A DNA stretch of 64,000 nucleotides. Source: Ignavibacteriota bacterium (GTDB taxonomy: Bacteria > Bacteroidota > Ignavibacteria > UBA10030). The position numbers and the translations under genes were made by a program. The DNA lies in contig OY969585.1 in assembly GCA_963701295.1 (NCBI GenBank), positions 3,168,001 to 3,232,000 of the forward strand, written 5' to 3'. The notes beneath the pieces are model-generated. The model searched no databases. It was not told the DNA's origin and worked only from the letters and a program-made list of their open reading frames with translations. Below are positions 7,704 to 18,762 of this stretch, one piece after another; the stretch's first letter is position 1; each line of letters starts with the position of its first letter.

Positions 7704-9536
7704 CTACAATTCAAGAAGTTGGATGATATCAAATCGCTTCATTTTAGAAAGTTCAACTTTGAGTTCCTTTCGTTTCTCTTTGTCATAGAGGAAGAAAAAG
7801 AGCTGCTGCATTTTCTTTTCCTTTATCGAACGAGGTATATCCATTTTTTCCAATGTGTAAGGATCAAATCCGGTATAAAACATTACTGAGGCGAGAGTCA
7901 TGGGTGTTGGAGTAAAATCCTGAACCTGTTCCAACTTCATATTCAGTTTTTGCATGTGAATAGCAATATCCGCCATATCCTCAAGCCCGCTCGCTGGTAG
8001 GCTTGAAATAAAATACGGGATCAGTTGCTGATTTAATCCATATTCCTGACAAATATCCGTGAACCGGTTATATACATGGATGAACAGATCGAAGGAAGGT
8101 TTGCGCAGGAGTTTTAAAACTTTTTCTGAAGTATGTTCCGGAGCAACTTTTAACCTGCCCGAAACATGATGAACAACAAGTTCCTTAAAATATTCAAGCG
8201 CCGAAGGATCGACAGGCTTATTCTTTTTATCGAGGATAAGATCGTACCTGATTCCGCTTCCAACGGTAATTTTTTTGATGCCCTTCACCTTTCTCGCTTC
8301 ATTGTAAAGTTCAATGAGCGGTGTGTAATTGGTATCTAAGTTTTTACAAAGAACAGGATACAAACACGATGGCCGTTTGCATATGGCACATTGTTTTAGA
8401 TTAATGCCTTTCATCTCATACATGTTTGCCGAAGGACCGCCCAGATCGGTAATGTGTCCCTTAAAAGATGGAGCATGAACAATTGCCTTCAGTTCTTTCA
8501 GTATAGAACTTTTGGAACGGCTTGAAATAAATTTTCCCTGATGAGCGGAAATAGTACAAAATGAACACCCTCCAAAGCATCCCCTGTGAATTGTCACAGA
8601 ATCTTTGATCATTTCATACGCCGGAATCGGCTCTTTGCCATTGTATCTTGGATGCGGCAGGCGCGTATAAGGCAGATCATAGACGTTGTCAATTTCTTTC
8701 TGCGAAAGCGGCGGATATGCCGGATTCACTATTACCCATTCCTTCCCTGTTTTCTCAGCAAGAGATCGTTGTTCAAGTTTATTTGATTCCTCTTCGGTGA
8801 TCACAAAGTTGCGTGCAAACGCTTTCTTGCTCTTCACGCAATCCTCATAAGAGGCAAGCAAAATTATTTTATCATTTTGTGCGGAAGGATATTCTTTTGC
8901 ACGAAAAGCCGTTTGAGGAATTTGTGTTATGCTTTCAATGCTCTCGCCTCTTCCTAATTTCTTCGCTACTGCTACGATAGATTTTTCCGCCATTCCATAG
9001 ACAAGGAGATCTGCATTTGAATCAATCAATATGGAAGGTTTTAAAGAGTCACTCCAATAATCGTAATGCGTAAGCCTGCGGAGCGAAGCTTCGATCCCCC
9101 CGATGATTAAGGGAACTTGCGGAAAGAGCGATTTCAGGATTTTTGAATATACCGTTACTGCATAATCTGGCCTCTGTCCCGATTTATTCCCTGGTGTGAA
9201 TGCATCGTTGGAACGGAGACGTTTGTTTGCTGTATAGTGGTTGATCATCGAGTCCATATTACCCGATGTCACTCCAAAGAACAGCCTTGGTATTCCTAAT
9301 TTCTTAAAATCCCTGAGGTCATCGCGCCAGTTAGGCTGCGGAACAATGGCGACTGTATATCCGGTTTTTTCCAGTACCCGTGCAACAACCGCGGCACCAA
9401 ATGCCGGGTGGTCAACAAATGCATCTCCTGTAAAGAGTATGACATCGGCTTGTTGCCAACCAAGCTCCTGCATCCCCTTTATGGATGTAGGAAAGAAATC
9501 GGCATGTCTAGATGTTTGACTAATTGCGCTTTTCAT
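7704..9536 (-). CDS. ygiQ: YgiQ family radical SAM protein
   Basis: TGDAFVDHPAFG, RGCFGGCSFC (CxxxCxxC), APEH and QVQDFTPTP motifs. Confidence 0.92.
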   Translation of the reverse strand: MKSAISQTSRHADFFPTSIKGMQELGWQQADVILFTGDAFVDHPAFGAAVVARVLEKTGYTVAIVPQPNWRDDLRDFKKLGIPRLFFGVTSGNMDSMINHYTANKRLRSNDAFTPGNKSGQRPDYAVTVYSKILKSLFPQVPLIIGGIEASLRRLTHYDYWSDSLKPSILIDSNADLLVYGMAEKSIVAVAKKLGRGESIESITQIPQTAFRAKEYPSAQNDKIILLASYEDCVKSKKAFARNFVITEEESNKLEQRSLAEKTGKEWVIVNPAYPPLSQKEIDNVYDLPYTRLPHPRYNGKEPIPAYEMIKDSVTIHRGCFGGCSFCTISAHQGKFISSRSKSSILKELKAIVHAPSFKGHITDLGGPSANMYEMKGINLKQCAICKRPSCLYPVLCKNLDTNYTPLIELYNEARKVKGIKKITVGSGIRYDLILDKKNKPVDPSALEYFKELVVHHVSGRLKVAPEHTSEKVLKLLRKPSFDLFIHVYNRFTDICQEYGLNQQLIPYFISSLPASGLEDMADIAIHMQKLNMKLEQVQDFTPTPMTLASVMFYTGFDPYTLEKMDIPRSIKEKKMQQLFFFLYDKEKRKELKVELSKMKRFDIIQLLEL

Positions 9537-9620
9537 TTATCTCTCTAACAAACTTAAGCACGATGGTATTGCATAATATAAGACTTCATATTGAATGTTT
9601 AATTTCTAAGAATGCTTTTA

Positions 9621-9694
9621 ACCACCCCTTCTTTTCACTATCAAATAATGACGAGTTTTCTCCTCCTTAAATGAAGAGGGGATAAAGGGGTGGT
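9621..9694. repeat. Intergenic palindromic repeat (copy 1)
   Basis: accacccctt...aaggggtggt 10-bp inverted repeat; shares gggataaaggggtg with 61826-61839. Confidence 0.5.
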
Positions 9695-9830
9695 GGAATA
9701 GCGGTGTAAGAAGATAATCGATTTTTATTTTTATGTGATATTGCGAAACATCGGGAATTTAAAAAGAAAACCCCCAACTATCTTTTGAATAATCAGTGTT
9801 TCAAGAAAATAGCACTATGGTACTACTAGA

Positions 9831-11288
9831 TTACACAACATATGTCGATGAAGCTGTATCCCCGCCGCGTCCTGTCCAATTCGTATGGAAGAATTCACCG
9901 CGCGGTTTATCAATCCGTTCGTACGTATGCGCACCAAAATAATCGCGCTGTGCTTGCAGGAGATTTGCAGGCAGTCTCTTCTGACGATAGCCATCATAGA
10001 ACGCAAGCGATGAACTCATTGCTGGCATCGGAATTCCAACCTGTGCTGCCGTTGCGACAACCTTCCGCCATGAATCCTGGCAGTTCGCCGCGATTTTCTT
10101 AAAATATGGATCGAGAAGAATATTTGCGAGTTTCGGATTCTTATCATATGCATCTTTGATTTTTCCAAGGAAGGTGCTGCGGATAATACATCCACCGCGC
10201 CACAGAAGCGCGATTCCGCCGTAATTCAGATCCCATTTATATTCCTTCGCTGCTTCCTTCATCAACATATATCCCTGTGCATAGGAAGTGAGTTTCGAAG
10301 CATACATTGCCTTGTGTATATCTTCCACAATCTTTTTTTTATTACCGCTGATATTTTTCTTCGTGGGCCCCTTTAAAATCTTTGAAGCGATAACACGCTC
10401 ATCTTTAATAGCAGAGAGACAACGCGCAAAGACCGCTTCCGAGACCATTGTCATGGGAATGCCAAGATCAAGAGCTGAAACACTCGCCCATTTCCCTGTC
10501 CCCTTTTGTCCCGCTGTGTCGAGAATAGAATCTATAACATACTTTTTCTTTTCATCTTTATAGTTAAGAATATCTCGAGTGATTTCGATAAGATAGGACT
10601 TTAACTCACTTTCGTTCCATTCTTTGAAAACTTCATACATCTCTCTATTGCTCATGCCCAGGCCATCTTTCATCATCTGATAGCATTCACAAATAAGCTG
10701 CATATCGCCGTACTCAATGCCGTTATGAACCATCTTGACGAAATGGCCCGCCCCATCATTCCCTACCCAATCGCAGCATGGAGTACCATCTTCCACTTTC
10801 GCTGCAATTGCCTGAAAGATCTGTTTCACAGCCGGCCATGCCGCTGGTGAACCGCCGGGCATAATAGACGGGCCTTTCAACGCGCCTTCTTCACCGCCGG
10901 AAACGCCTGTGCCGATAAACAATAGACCCTTACTCTCCAGATATTTTGTTCTTCGGATAGTATCAAGAAAATGTGAATTGCCTCCGTCAATAATAATATC
11001 GCCTGTTTCGAGAAACGGAATCAGCTGCTCGATGAATTCATCAACCGCCTTCCCTGCTTTGACCATGAGCATTGCTTTGCGCGGGCGCTTCAAAGCAGCA
11101 ACGAGTTCTTGAATCGTATGTGCACCGATGAATTTCTTTCCCACACCCCTGCCCTGTATAAATTGATCTACTTTTTCTGTCGTACGGTTAAAAACAGAAG
11201 CGGTAAATCCGCGGCTCTCGATATTCAATACAAGGTTTTCACCCATGACTGCTAATCCTACTAATCCAAAATCAGCTTTTTGTTCCAT
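9831..11288 (-). CDS. gnd: NADP-dependent 6-phosphogluconate dehydrogenase
   Basis: GLAVMGENL, IIDGGNSHF, GVSGGEEGA, KMVHNGIEYGDMQ, QAQRDYFGAHTY; start reassigned to MEQKADF at 11288. Confidence 0.97.
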   Translation of the reverse strand: MEQKADFGLVGLAVMGENLVLNIESRGFTASVFNRTTEKVDQFIQGRGVGKKFIGAHTIQELVAALKRPRKAMLMVKAGKAVDEFIEQLIPFLETGDIIIDGGNSHFLDTIRRTKYLESKGLLFIGTGVSGGEEGALKGPSIMPGGSPAAWPAVKQIFQAIAAKVEDGTPCCDWVGNDGAGHFVKMVHNGIEYGDMQLICECYQMMKDGLGMSNREMYEVFKEWNESELKSYLIEITRDILNYKDEKKKYVIDSILDTAGQKGTGKWASVSALDLGIPMTMVSEAVFARCLSAIKDERVIASKILKGPTKKNISGNKKKIVEDIHKAMYASKLTSYAQGYMLMKEAAKEYKWDLNYGGIALLWRGGCIIRSTFLGKIKDAYDKNPKLANILLDPYFKKIAANCQDSWRKVVATAAQVGIPMPAMSSSLAFYDGYRQKRLPANLLQAQRDYFGAHTYERIDKPRGEFFHTNWTGRGGDTASSTYVV

Positions 11289-11346
11289 TCTTGTTTTTCC
11301 TCTACGTGAGCAGTTGATGTGTATAACACGATTATGAATTTTTAAG

Positions 11347-12618
11347 TTATTTGAAACGACCTTGATGAGCCCACAAACCCAACGCCGGATTTGAAATATA
11401 GAATATCTTCTCTCCATCGGGCAGAGTGTTAAAACCATCCTTGAGTTTTTCAGGGTTGTACTTCTTCGTCATCTCATTCAACTCTGCATAATTGAAGTTG
11501 ACACTTTCGATTTCTTGTTTTGTAAGATACCCGGGGCAATACGTAATCGAGAAGCGCCGTTCGGACGAGCCATGAATCAAATGTGCAGCTGCACCAAGAT
11601 TGTTTTTCAGGTCATCTTCGGTCTTTACAAGTTCCAATATTTTTGGTGTACCAACATAGCCATATTTACGAATCAGCGAATCGATCTGTTTATCCTCGCC
11701 AAATTCTTTTAGAGCCGGAGCGAGAACGATCAGTTCTCCTCCATCTGCAATTGCCATACGGGTGCGATAGATGCTCTTATTGCCAAGCCAGGTACTCTTA
11801 AATTCCAAGGGATCAAGATGCACAACAACTTTCTTTAACGGCTCTTCGACCATTTGAAAATTTACTTTGAGCGATAATGCTGCTGCAAGATCAAAGCATT
11901 CCATATCATCGCCGATATAGAGACCGCGGACTTTCAGTTGTCCATCTACACCGGACGAAACGACCGTCAGAACGTAGATAATCGGCAAATGCGCTGCAAA
12001 TTGATCTGATGCATAATTATAAACACGTCGTACCGGATTATCTGCGCGTCCCATAATGCGTTCCATCCCGTACACCGCCCCGAGAAAATGACTTTTATTA
12101 ATCCCTTCAGGTCCGCCAGTTCCAACAAGAATGTTTTTATTATAATTTGCCATCCCGATTACTTCATGCGGCACGACCTGGCCAAGTGATAAAATCAGGT
12201 CGAATTTTCCTTCGACCAGCAGTTTGTTGACTTGTGCCTTCCAAGGATAATCCAGCTTTCCTTCCGATTGTTGATATATGAATTCGGGAGGTACCTCGCC
12301 CAGTGTCACTACATCTTTTCGCCAATCGTGCACACGAAAAAGATTGAGCGGTATATTACTGAACATAGTTTTGGTTTCTTGTTCGGTCATCGCAGTGTGA
12401 GTCCCCAGTGCCGGCAGGATATCCGTAAGTTTTTCCTTGTAGTATTCCCATGTCAGGCGCGTGAGTATCCCGGCATGTGAATGAAAGCGTGTAAAGTCAG
12501 GTGGAATAGCTAATACTTTTTTCTTCACACCTAATTTTAAAAACGCAACAGTAAGCCCTTTCTTCAGATCTTCTTCATAGAGAACTTCACTTTCCGAGCC
12601 ACGGCTGTAAAACAGCAT
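11347..12618 (-). CDS. Lactate racemase (LarA/DUF2088) family protein, probable sugar-acid 2-epimerase
   Basis: PPDFTR, ALGTH, HDW and VVPHEVIG motifs; directly upstream of gnd. Confidence 0.8.
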   Translation of the reverse strand: MLFYSRGSESEVLYEEDLKKGLTVAFLKLGVKKKVLAIPPDFTRFHSHAGILTRLTWEYYKEKLTDILPALGTHTAMTEQETKTMFSNIPLNLFRVHDWRKDVVTLGEVPPEFIYQQSEGKLDYPWKAQVNKLLVEGKFDLILSLGQVVPHEVIGMANYNKNILVGTGGPEGINKSHFLGAVYGMERIMGRADNPVRRVYNYASDQFAAHLPIIYVLTVVSSGVDGQLKVRGLYIGDDMECFDLAAALSLKVNFQMVEEPLKKVVVHLDPLEFKSTWLGNKSIYRTRMAIADGGELIVLAPALKEFGEDKQIDSLIRKYGYVGTPKILELVKTEDDLKNNLGAAAHLIHGSSERRFSITYCPGYLTKQEIESVNFNYAELNEMTKKYNPEKLKDGFNTLPDGEKIFYISNPALGLWAHQGRFK

Positions 12619-12806
12619 CGTATATTTTCCTTTTTGCTATCTACTTATAAAACAGAAGAACACAGATGATAGTTCTCCGATAAAGTTCCCCTTTCATTCT
12701 TTATGTAAAAGTTACCGCTGCATACATGCTGATCCGCCTTTGGCAACCACTCGCGTTTAATTTACTGAGTACCTACTTCAAACCATTCATGACCTGCTGT
12801 TTTAAT

Positions 12807-12929
12807 TCAGCTTTTAACAATGAACACATTGCTTTTTGCCATCGCACCGCACAATACTCCACCGACCCCGGTAATCGCAATAGTCTTTCCAGTGAAATCA
12901 CAAGTATTCGTTACATCCTGTAAGTTCAT
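12807..12929 (-). pseudogene. N-terminal remnant of an SDR oxidoreductase (D-mannonate oxidoreductase-like)
   Basis: Manual translation MNLQDVTNTCDFTGKTIAITGVGGVLCGAMAK then an early stop; Rossmann TGxxGxxC start with RBS AAGGG. Confidence 0.6.
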
Positions 12930-13252
12930 TGGTTTACCCTTTACATAAAACATCTGTTCAAAACATTTAATACTACATGAATATAATGGAGATTATATGA
13001 TTTTGCCATAGTTAATCCACCTTATCGTAGAAATGTTTAAGGATTGTATTGCGAGAGGACAAAAGAGTTGAAAAATATATTGTTGCTTAGAAAAGTAGCA
13101 ATATTCTCGTATGAGAGTAAATTAATTTTCTCGAAAAGATTGCTTGTCTACACAACGCCATTCAGGTTCGCATAAACTTTCTTTATGATTCATACCTGAT
13201 CGATCAGATATAAAAAACCGTATCCAACAAAGGGCAGTCAATTTCTCATTAG

Positions 13253-16147
13253 TTATTTTTCCGGAACTGCATGCCTTAGCGTAACAGCTTTTGTTTGAAT
13301 CTTCATGATCGCGGGCTTCAATCCCGGTGAGGTAGCGGACAACGTGATTTCACCCAGCCGCCTTGTAGACTGAACAATTATTTGAGCCATTCCATTAAAA
13401 GTTTTTCGTTTCCATTGTCCGGCAGGATTAATAATTTGAATCAAACCCGGATCGGTGTTCGGTTCATCCCATTGGCTTGCTTTCCTGAATCGTTGTCCTA
13501 TAACAGCATAACCATTTTTTCCGGATGTAATTCTATTGTGGTCGAGTCGGAATGATTGGTTCGGAGCATTACGTTTGATATTGGATGCAAGCAAATGTCC
13601 ATCGACATAAATCGACTGGTTCTCAACAATACTCTTTGTAAATAGATTTACTTCGGTTTCGTTTGTGATATCAGGTAACTCAAACGTCCCTCGAATGACA
13701 ATGAGCGAGTCAGTATAGACGCGCCAATCGTCACTTCTTTGACTTTTTAAGACCGGTTTCCAAGCTGAGTCATCAAATCCGGAAGCTACTTCGGGACGAT
13801 CGTTCAGATTGTTCACAGCCAGTTCTTTCAGGTTCTCAATTTTTAACGTCTTTATGGTTTCGAAATATTTGTCGGCTTCATGACTCGACGGATCGCCGTT
13901 GCCTACTCCGATAATTTTTCCTGGTCCATTCAAGGAAAAATTGATTTCGTTATCCGCAGTTGGCATCATCAACCCCTGAACGTCATGAATCTGAACGGTG
14001 ATAACAGCTACGTCTTCGCCATCGGCCTGAATACTTTTTCGGTCAGGTGAAAGCTGAATAATCGCCGGTGCACTGCTCGTTACCACTTTTTTTGTAATGA
14101 TTTCTTTACCAGATTTATATCCGCGGGCCAGCAAAATGCCCTGTTGGTAATTTACTTTCCATTCGAGATGGCTGTTTACAAGCACGGTTTTTTTACCAAG
14201 CGATTTATTGTTCAGGAAGAGTTCAACCTCGTCACAGTTGCTATAGACAGTAACATTTATTTCCTTGCTTTCATGTCCTTTCCAGTTCCAATGCGGCATA
14301 ATATGAAGAACCGGTTCTTTTCCCCACCACGATTTGAGATAATAAAAAACATCTTTGGGGAAACCGCATAAATCGATACATCCGGATTGATTGATCACAG
14401 CAGGCCAGTTATATGGATTTGATTCACCGCGATAGTCGAAACCTGTCCAATAGAACAAGCCGGAAAGAAACGGTCGTGCTGCATAGAATTGCCAACCTGA
14501 TTCGGCCCCGACATTCTCTGGTATACGTTTGGTTGGCTCCATATGAGCTTTAAGATTATCCGTGATATAAATACCTCGTGTCTGCTTGGTATTAGTTTCC
14601 TCGGTACCGATCCCTGCCTGCCAAGGAAATTCTTCGTGATGCCTGTCGATATCACCCTGTACAATATAGTTGTAACCCATTACTTGAACGACCATTCCAC
14701 TGCCTTTATCCCATCCACCGCTTACTGCAACAGTGAATGCACGTGATGAGTCGAAACGCTGGGCATAGGTCTGCATTGAAGCCGTTACGCGCGTACCTTT
14801 GATATTACTTTCAATTGCCCATTCTTCATTACCCAGCGACCATAAAACCACGCTTGGATGATTCCGATCACGCTTCATAAGGCGTTCAAGACAACTAAGA
14901 TGTTCTTCGTTGCTGCCCATGAGCCTGTTCTCGTCGAGCACGAGCATTCCAAGTCTGTCGCATGCATCAAGAAATTCAGGAGTCGGAGGATTGTGCGAAG
15001 TACGGATAGCGTTACTTCCCATATCTTTTAATCGTTGAATGCGGTATTCCTGCAAAGCATCGGGAATGGCTGTTCCAACCCCGGCATGATCTTGGTGGTT
15101 GTTGGTTCCAACAATTTTCACATGTTTTCCGTTCAGAAAGAAACCTTCATTCGCATCGAACCGGACAGTGCGAATACCAAAACTCGTTTCATACGTATCG
15201 ACTATCTTGCCGGCTGATCGGATAACTGTTTTGAGTATGTGTACATTAGGTGTTTCGATAGACCATAATTTTGGATTGATGACATTGTAGAAGCTAAAGT
15301 ATTCTGCCTGGTTACCAGCGGGGAGTGATAGTTGCTTTTTTGTTCCTGAAACAACAGTTTTTCCATCGGCATCGATAATGACTTCATCAATATCGAAAGT
15401 TGAACTTTCTCTTGATTCATTGACAACACTTGTACGTGCAGTGATAATTGCGAGATCGTCTTTTAAATCAGAAGTGACAAATGTACCATGGCGTGGTATA
15501 TGCAGAGGCGCAGTTTTCGTAAGCCATACATGACGGTAAATTCCTGCCCCTTCGTAGTACCAGCCTTCCTCCATGGTAGCATCAACGCGGACAGCGACAA
15601 TATTGTCATCGCCATAATTAAGGTAATCGCTTATGTCATAACTAAAACTTGTGGAGCCGCTATGTTCAGTACCAAGATAAAACCCGTTCACCCAGACGAT
15701 GGAATTGCGATGCACACCATCAAATTCAATGGAGATGCGTTTGCCCAGATCGGATTCAGAAATAAAAAAAGATTTTCGGTACCAACCTACGCTGTTTTCA
15801 GGAAAATCGCGGCCAATAGCTCTATATCCGTGACTATGCCCGCCGCGCGCATCAAACGGAAGTTCGACGCACCAATCGTGCGGCAAGTCAAGTGTTCGCC
15901 AGGCACGATCGTCAAATTCTTTTGATGCAGCCCCGTCGCCAAAGCCTATTTTCGTAAAGTACGAGAAGTAACTTGTTCCGTTATTAAAATCTTTCTGAGC
16001 ATCGTAAGAATGCCCTAGTGCAAAATGCCAGCCAAAATCCATTAAAAGATGTTCCCGACCGTCAATTTTTTTTGTAGACGTTTTATCCTGGCAAAATGCA
16101 TATATCGAAATGAAAAGTGTAGATAAGATACAAAGTGTTTTTTTCAT
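13253..16147 (-). CDS. Glycoside hydrolase family 2 beta-galactosidase (secreted)
   Basis: Signal peptide; LPHDW, GTNNHQDHAGVG, AIRTSHNPP, RDRNHPSVVLWSLGNEE, FYWTGFDYRGE. Confidence 0.92.
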   Translation of the reverse strand: MKKTLCILSTLFISIYAFCQDKTSTKKIDGREHLLMDFGWHFALGHSYDAQKDFNNGTSYFSYFTKIGFGDGAASKEFDDRAWRTLDLPHDWCVELPFDARGGHSHGYRAIGRDFPENSVGWYRKSFFISESDLGKRISIEFDGVHRNSIVWVNGFYLGTEHSGSTSFSYDISDYLNYGDDNIVAVRVDATMEEGWYYEGAGIYRHVWLTKTAPLHIPRHGTFVTSDLKDDLAIITARTSVVNESRESSTFDIDEVIIDADGKTVVSGTKKQLSLPAGNQAEYFSFYNVINPKLWSIETPNVHILKTVIRSAGKIVDTYETSFGIRTVRFDANEGFFLNGKHVKIVGTNNHQDHAGVGTAIPDALQEYRIQRLKDMGSNAIRTSHNPPTPEFLDACDRLGMLVLDENRLMGSNEEHLSCLERLMKRDRNHPSVVLWSLGNEEWAIESNIKGTRVTASMQTYAQRFDSSRAFTVAVSGGWDKGSGMVVQVMGYNYIVQGDIDRHHEEFPWQAGIGTEETNTKQTRGIYITDNLKAHMEPTKRIPENVGAESGWQFYAARPFLSGLFYWTGFDYRGESNPYNWPAVINQSGCIDLCGFPKDVFYYLKSWWGKEPVLHIMPHWNWKGHESKEINVTVYSNCDEVELFLNNKSLGKKTVLVNSHLEWKVNYQQGILLARGYKSGKEIITKKVVTSSAPAIIQLSPDRKSIQADGEDVAVITVQIHDVQGLMMPTADNEINFSLNGPGKIIGVGNGDPSSHEADKYFETIKTLKIENLKELAVNNLNDRPEVASGFDDSAWKPVLKSQRSDDWRVYTDSLIVIRGTFELPDITNETEVNLFTKSIVENQSIYVDGHLLASNIKRNAPNQSFRLDHNRITSGKNGYAVIGQRFRKASQWDEPNTDPGLIQIINPAGQWKRKTFNGMAQIIVQSTRRLGEITLSATSPGLKPAIMKIQTKAVTLRHAVPEK

Positions 16148-16417
16148 ATTAACCCATTTATAAAATTTGTATTCAGAAACCCTCAGATTGCAACAGTGAC
16201 TTATAAATATGTTGCAATTTCACGAAAAGCTCCGTAGCGAACTGTTATCCAAAAAATAGTAACAAGTTTTCCATTCAACAGCAAATCTGGATTAGCGTTT
16301 GTATAATTGTTAGAGGTCTTTTGTTGGGAAGTTTGCCTTTTCCTCACTTTCTATGTATTTTTCATCGCAGTGAATTATATGGTTCCCTATCGAACAAAAA
16401 CCTACAAGGCAACATTA

Positions 16418-17770
16418 ATGAAATATTTCACTTTCTTTTTCGTTTTTTACTCTTCGATCTCCTTTGCTCAATTCGATAAAGAGGCAACCCGATTGGATGC
16501 CCACACGATGAGTCCCATGATATTTGAAGCTATTCCATATTGGAGCAGCGACACGACATCCATCGAACTCTTCGTTCTCTATCGTATGAGTCCGTCGTTT
16601 TTCTTTTTTGCAAAGACAGACAACGCACAACAAGAAAGTTACGAAGCAAAAGGTGAATTAATTGTTGAAATCATGGATAGTAACAGTGTCACAGTTGGAC
16701 GCGACTTCCGCCCGATGCGGATTGAACGAACCTCGATGCCTGCAGAGGATGTGCTTCCATCTGATGAGATTCAAGGAATTTTTACTTTTAAACTCAAAAA
16801 GGGATTTTTTAAAATTGTTATTGAAGCGAAAGACAGCGAGTCTGGTAAATCATTCATCAATCACGATACAAAAGTGGATGCTCGGACTTTTTCTGCTTCC
16901 AGTTTGAATGTTTCTCCTATCATGTTTGTCGATCCGATACAATCCGACTCCTCTTCATCCAACCATATTATTTGTTTCCCGAAAAACCATGGCGGTAATA
17001 TTATCATTGGACAAACAGGAGTATGCTTGTTTCAAGTCGTTTCACCAGACACAAACACTGACATTCACCTTGCTTGGAAAATACAAAGCAAGAGCGAAGA
17101 CGATGACGAGATTTCGCAAAAATTACAGGGCGAACAATGTTCCCAGCAAAACGGCACACTTGTCTTGATCGAAAATGCAAAGCGTGTCTCTTTTACAGTA
17201 AAAAAAGGGCCGTCGTACAGCCGATTCGTCTTTGCATCGATTCCCTTAGAACGGTTGGATGCCGGTACATATATGTTCACCACAATAGTGACTCAAGGTA
17301 CCTTGAAGTCTGTGAAAGAATTTAGATATAAAGTTATTTGGCCGCTCAAACCTCGTTCTCTTTCCGATCCTAAACTTGCCGTTGACGCATTGAAACTTAT
17401 CGCAACAGAAGAAGAAATCGACCAAATGTCTGTGTTCAGTTCCGTCAAATCGAGAAAAGCGTTCCAAACATTCTGGCATAAACGCAATCCAGACACTACA
17501 CATGCGTATAATTCAGTCATGGCTGAATACTACCGCCGCGTAGATGAATCAATTAAGAGATTTTCTATTGCAGATGAAAAAGACGGATATCGTACTGACC
17601 GCGGACACATCTATATCTTATTCGGCGCACCATCCATAACAAATCGCTTGCTGAAACCGAATGCATCGCCAACCGAAATCTGGACATATGAAAAACTTAA
17701 AAAGCGATTTACTTTTAGGGATTCAAAGAAAAACGGCAATTATATTCTTGTGAAGACGGAGAATTATTGA
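16418..17770 (+). CDS. GWxTD domain-containing protein
   Basis: Signal peptide MKYFTFF; C-terminal FWHKRNP...EYYRRV...GYRTDRGHIYILFGAP...EIWTY. Confidence 0.85.
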   Translation: MKYFTFFFVFYSSISFAQFDKEATRLDAHTMSPMIFEAIPYWSSDTTSIELFVLYRMSPSFFFFAKTDNAQQESYEAKGELIVEIMDSNSVTVGRDFRPMRIERTSMPAEDVLPSDEIQGIFTFKLKKGFFKIVIEAKDSESGKSFINHDTKVDARTFSASSLNVSPIMFVDPIQSDSSSSNHIICFPKNHGGNIIIGQTGVCLFQVVSPDTNTDIHLAWKIQSKSEDDDEISQKLQGEQCSQQNGTLVLIENAKRVSFTVKKGPSYSRFVFASIPLERLDAGTYMFTTIVTQGTLKSVKEFRYKVIWPLKPRSLSDPKLAVDALKLIATEEEIDQMSVFSSVKSRKAFQTFWHKRNPDTTHAYNSVMAEYYRRVDESIKRFSIADEKDGYRTDRGHIYILFGAPSITNRLLKPNASPTEIWTYEKLKKRFTFRDSKKNGNYILVKTENY

Positions 17771-18762
17771 AACCCATTATTGTTATAACGATAGGTGATT
17801 TTAACGGTATCGGCCCAGAACTTGCACTTAAAGCCGCAATTCATCCAACTATAAAAAAGCTCTGCGTACCAATTCTCATCGGGCCATTAAGTGTTTTTGA
17901 ACAGACAGCAAAAAACTGTAAACTCAAAGTACCGCTTGCACAAACAACGTTAGTCCAGCTTCATCGATCTGGTCTTTCGGTTATAGATGTTGGGGATGGT
18001 ATTGGTGCAGATATCCAGTATGGCACTACCACAAAAACGGCGGGTCGATCTGCAGGTGCTGCTCTTGAGCGCGCTGTTGAACTCTGCGTGCAAGGAAAGG
18101 CAGCAGCAATGGTCACTGCTCCTCTATCCAAAGAAGCGCTGAATCTTGCGGGTTATAGTTTCCCAGGACAAACAGAGATGATTGCACTCCTGAGTCGATC
18201 TCAGAACGTAGCGATGATGCTTGTATCAGATACAATGCGCGTAGGACTTGTTACTATCCACTCGGCGCTCAAGGATGTCGCAGCAAATATATCCAAAGAA
18301 AAAACTATCGAAAAAATCGCCATTATCAATTCATCACTGATGAAAGATTTTCACTTGAAGAAACCGCGGCTTGCCGTCCTTGCACTAAATCCACACGCAG
18401 GCGAGAAAGGATTGTTTGGTACTGAAGATGATGCAATGATCGCACCGGCGATAGCAGATTCCAAGGCAGCGGGAATTCTTGCCGAAGGTCCATTTTCTGC
18501 TGATGCATTCTTTGGAACACATGCGTATAAAAAGTATGATGCGATTGTGGCAATGTACCATGATCAGGGATTAATTCCACTCAAGATGAGTTCATTCGGA
18601 AAAGGTGTGAATTTTTCAGCAGGACTGAAGATCGTCCGCACTTCACCTGACCACGGCACGGCCTACGACATTGCTGGAAAGAACAAAGCAAACCTATCCA
18701 GCATGATCGAAGCGATCAAGCTTGCCATTCAAATATCACAGAATAGGCGCGATCATGATTGA
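17767..18762 (+). CDS. pdxA: 4-hydroxythreonine-4-phosphate dehydrogenase
   Basis: GDFNGIGPE, LNPHAGE, AMYHDQGLIP, RTSPDHGTAYDIAG. Confidence 0.96.
   Translation: MKPIIVITIGDFNGIGPELALKAAIHPTIKKLCVPILIGPLSVFEQTAKNCKLKVPLAQTTLVQLHRSGLSVIDVGDGIGADIQYGTTTKTAGRSAGAALERAVELCVQGKAAAMVTAPLSKEALNLAGYSFPGQTEMIALLSRSQNVAMMLVSDTMRVGLVTIHSALKDVAANISKEKTIEKIAIINSSLMKDFHLKKPRLAVLALNPHAGEKGLFGTEDDAMIAPAIADSKAAGILAEGPFSADAFFGTHAYKKYDAIVAMYHDQGLIPLKMSSFGKGVNFSAGLKIVRTSPDHGTAYDIAGKNKANLSSMIEAIKLAIQISQNRRDHD

Noticed and set aside
11289-11438. N-terminal extension of gnd in the ORF track (similar extensions for nuoC, amrA, dprA, ftsE)
   Set aside because: These overlap neighbouring genes or repeats; conserved sequence begins at downstream starts.
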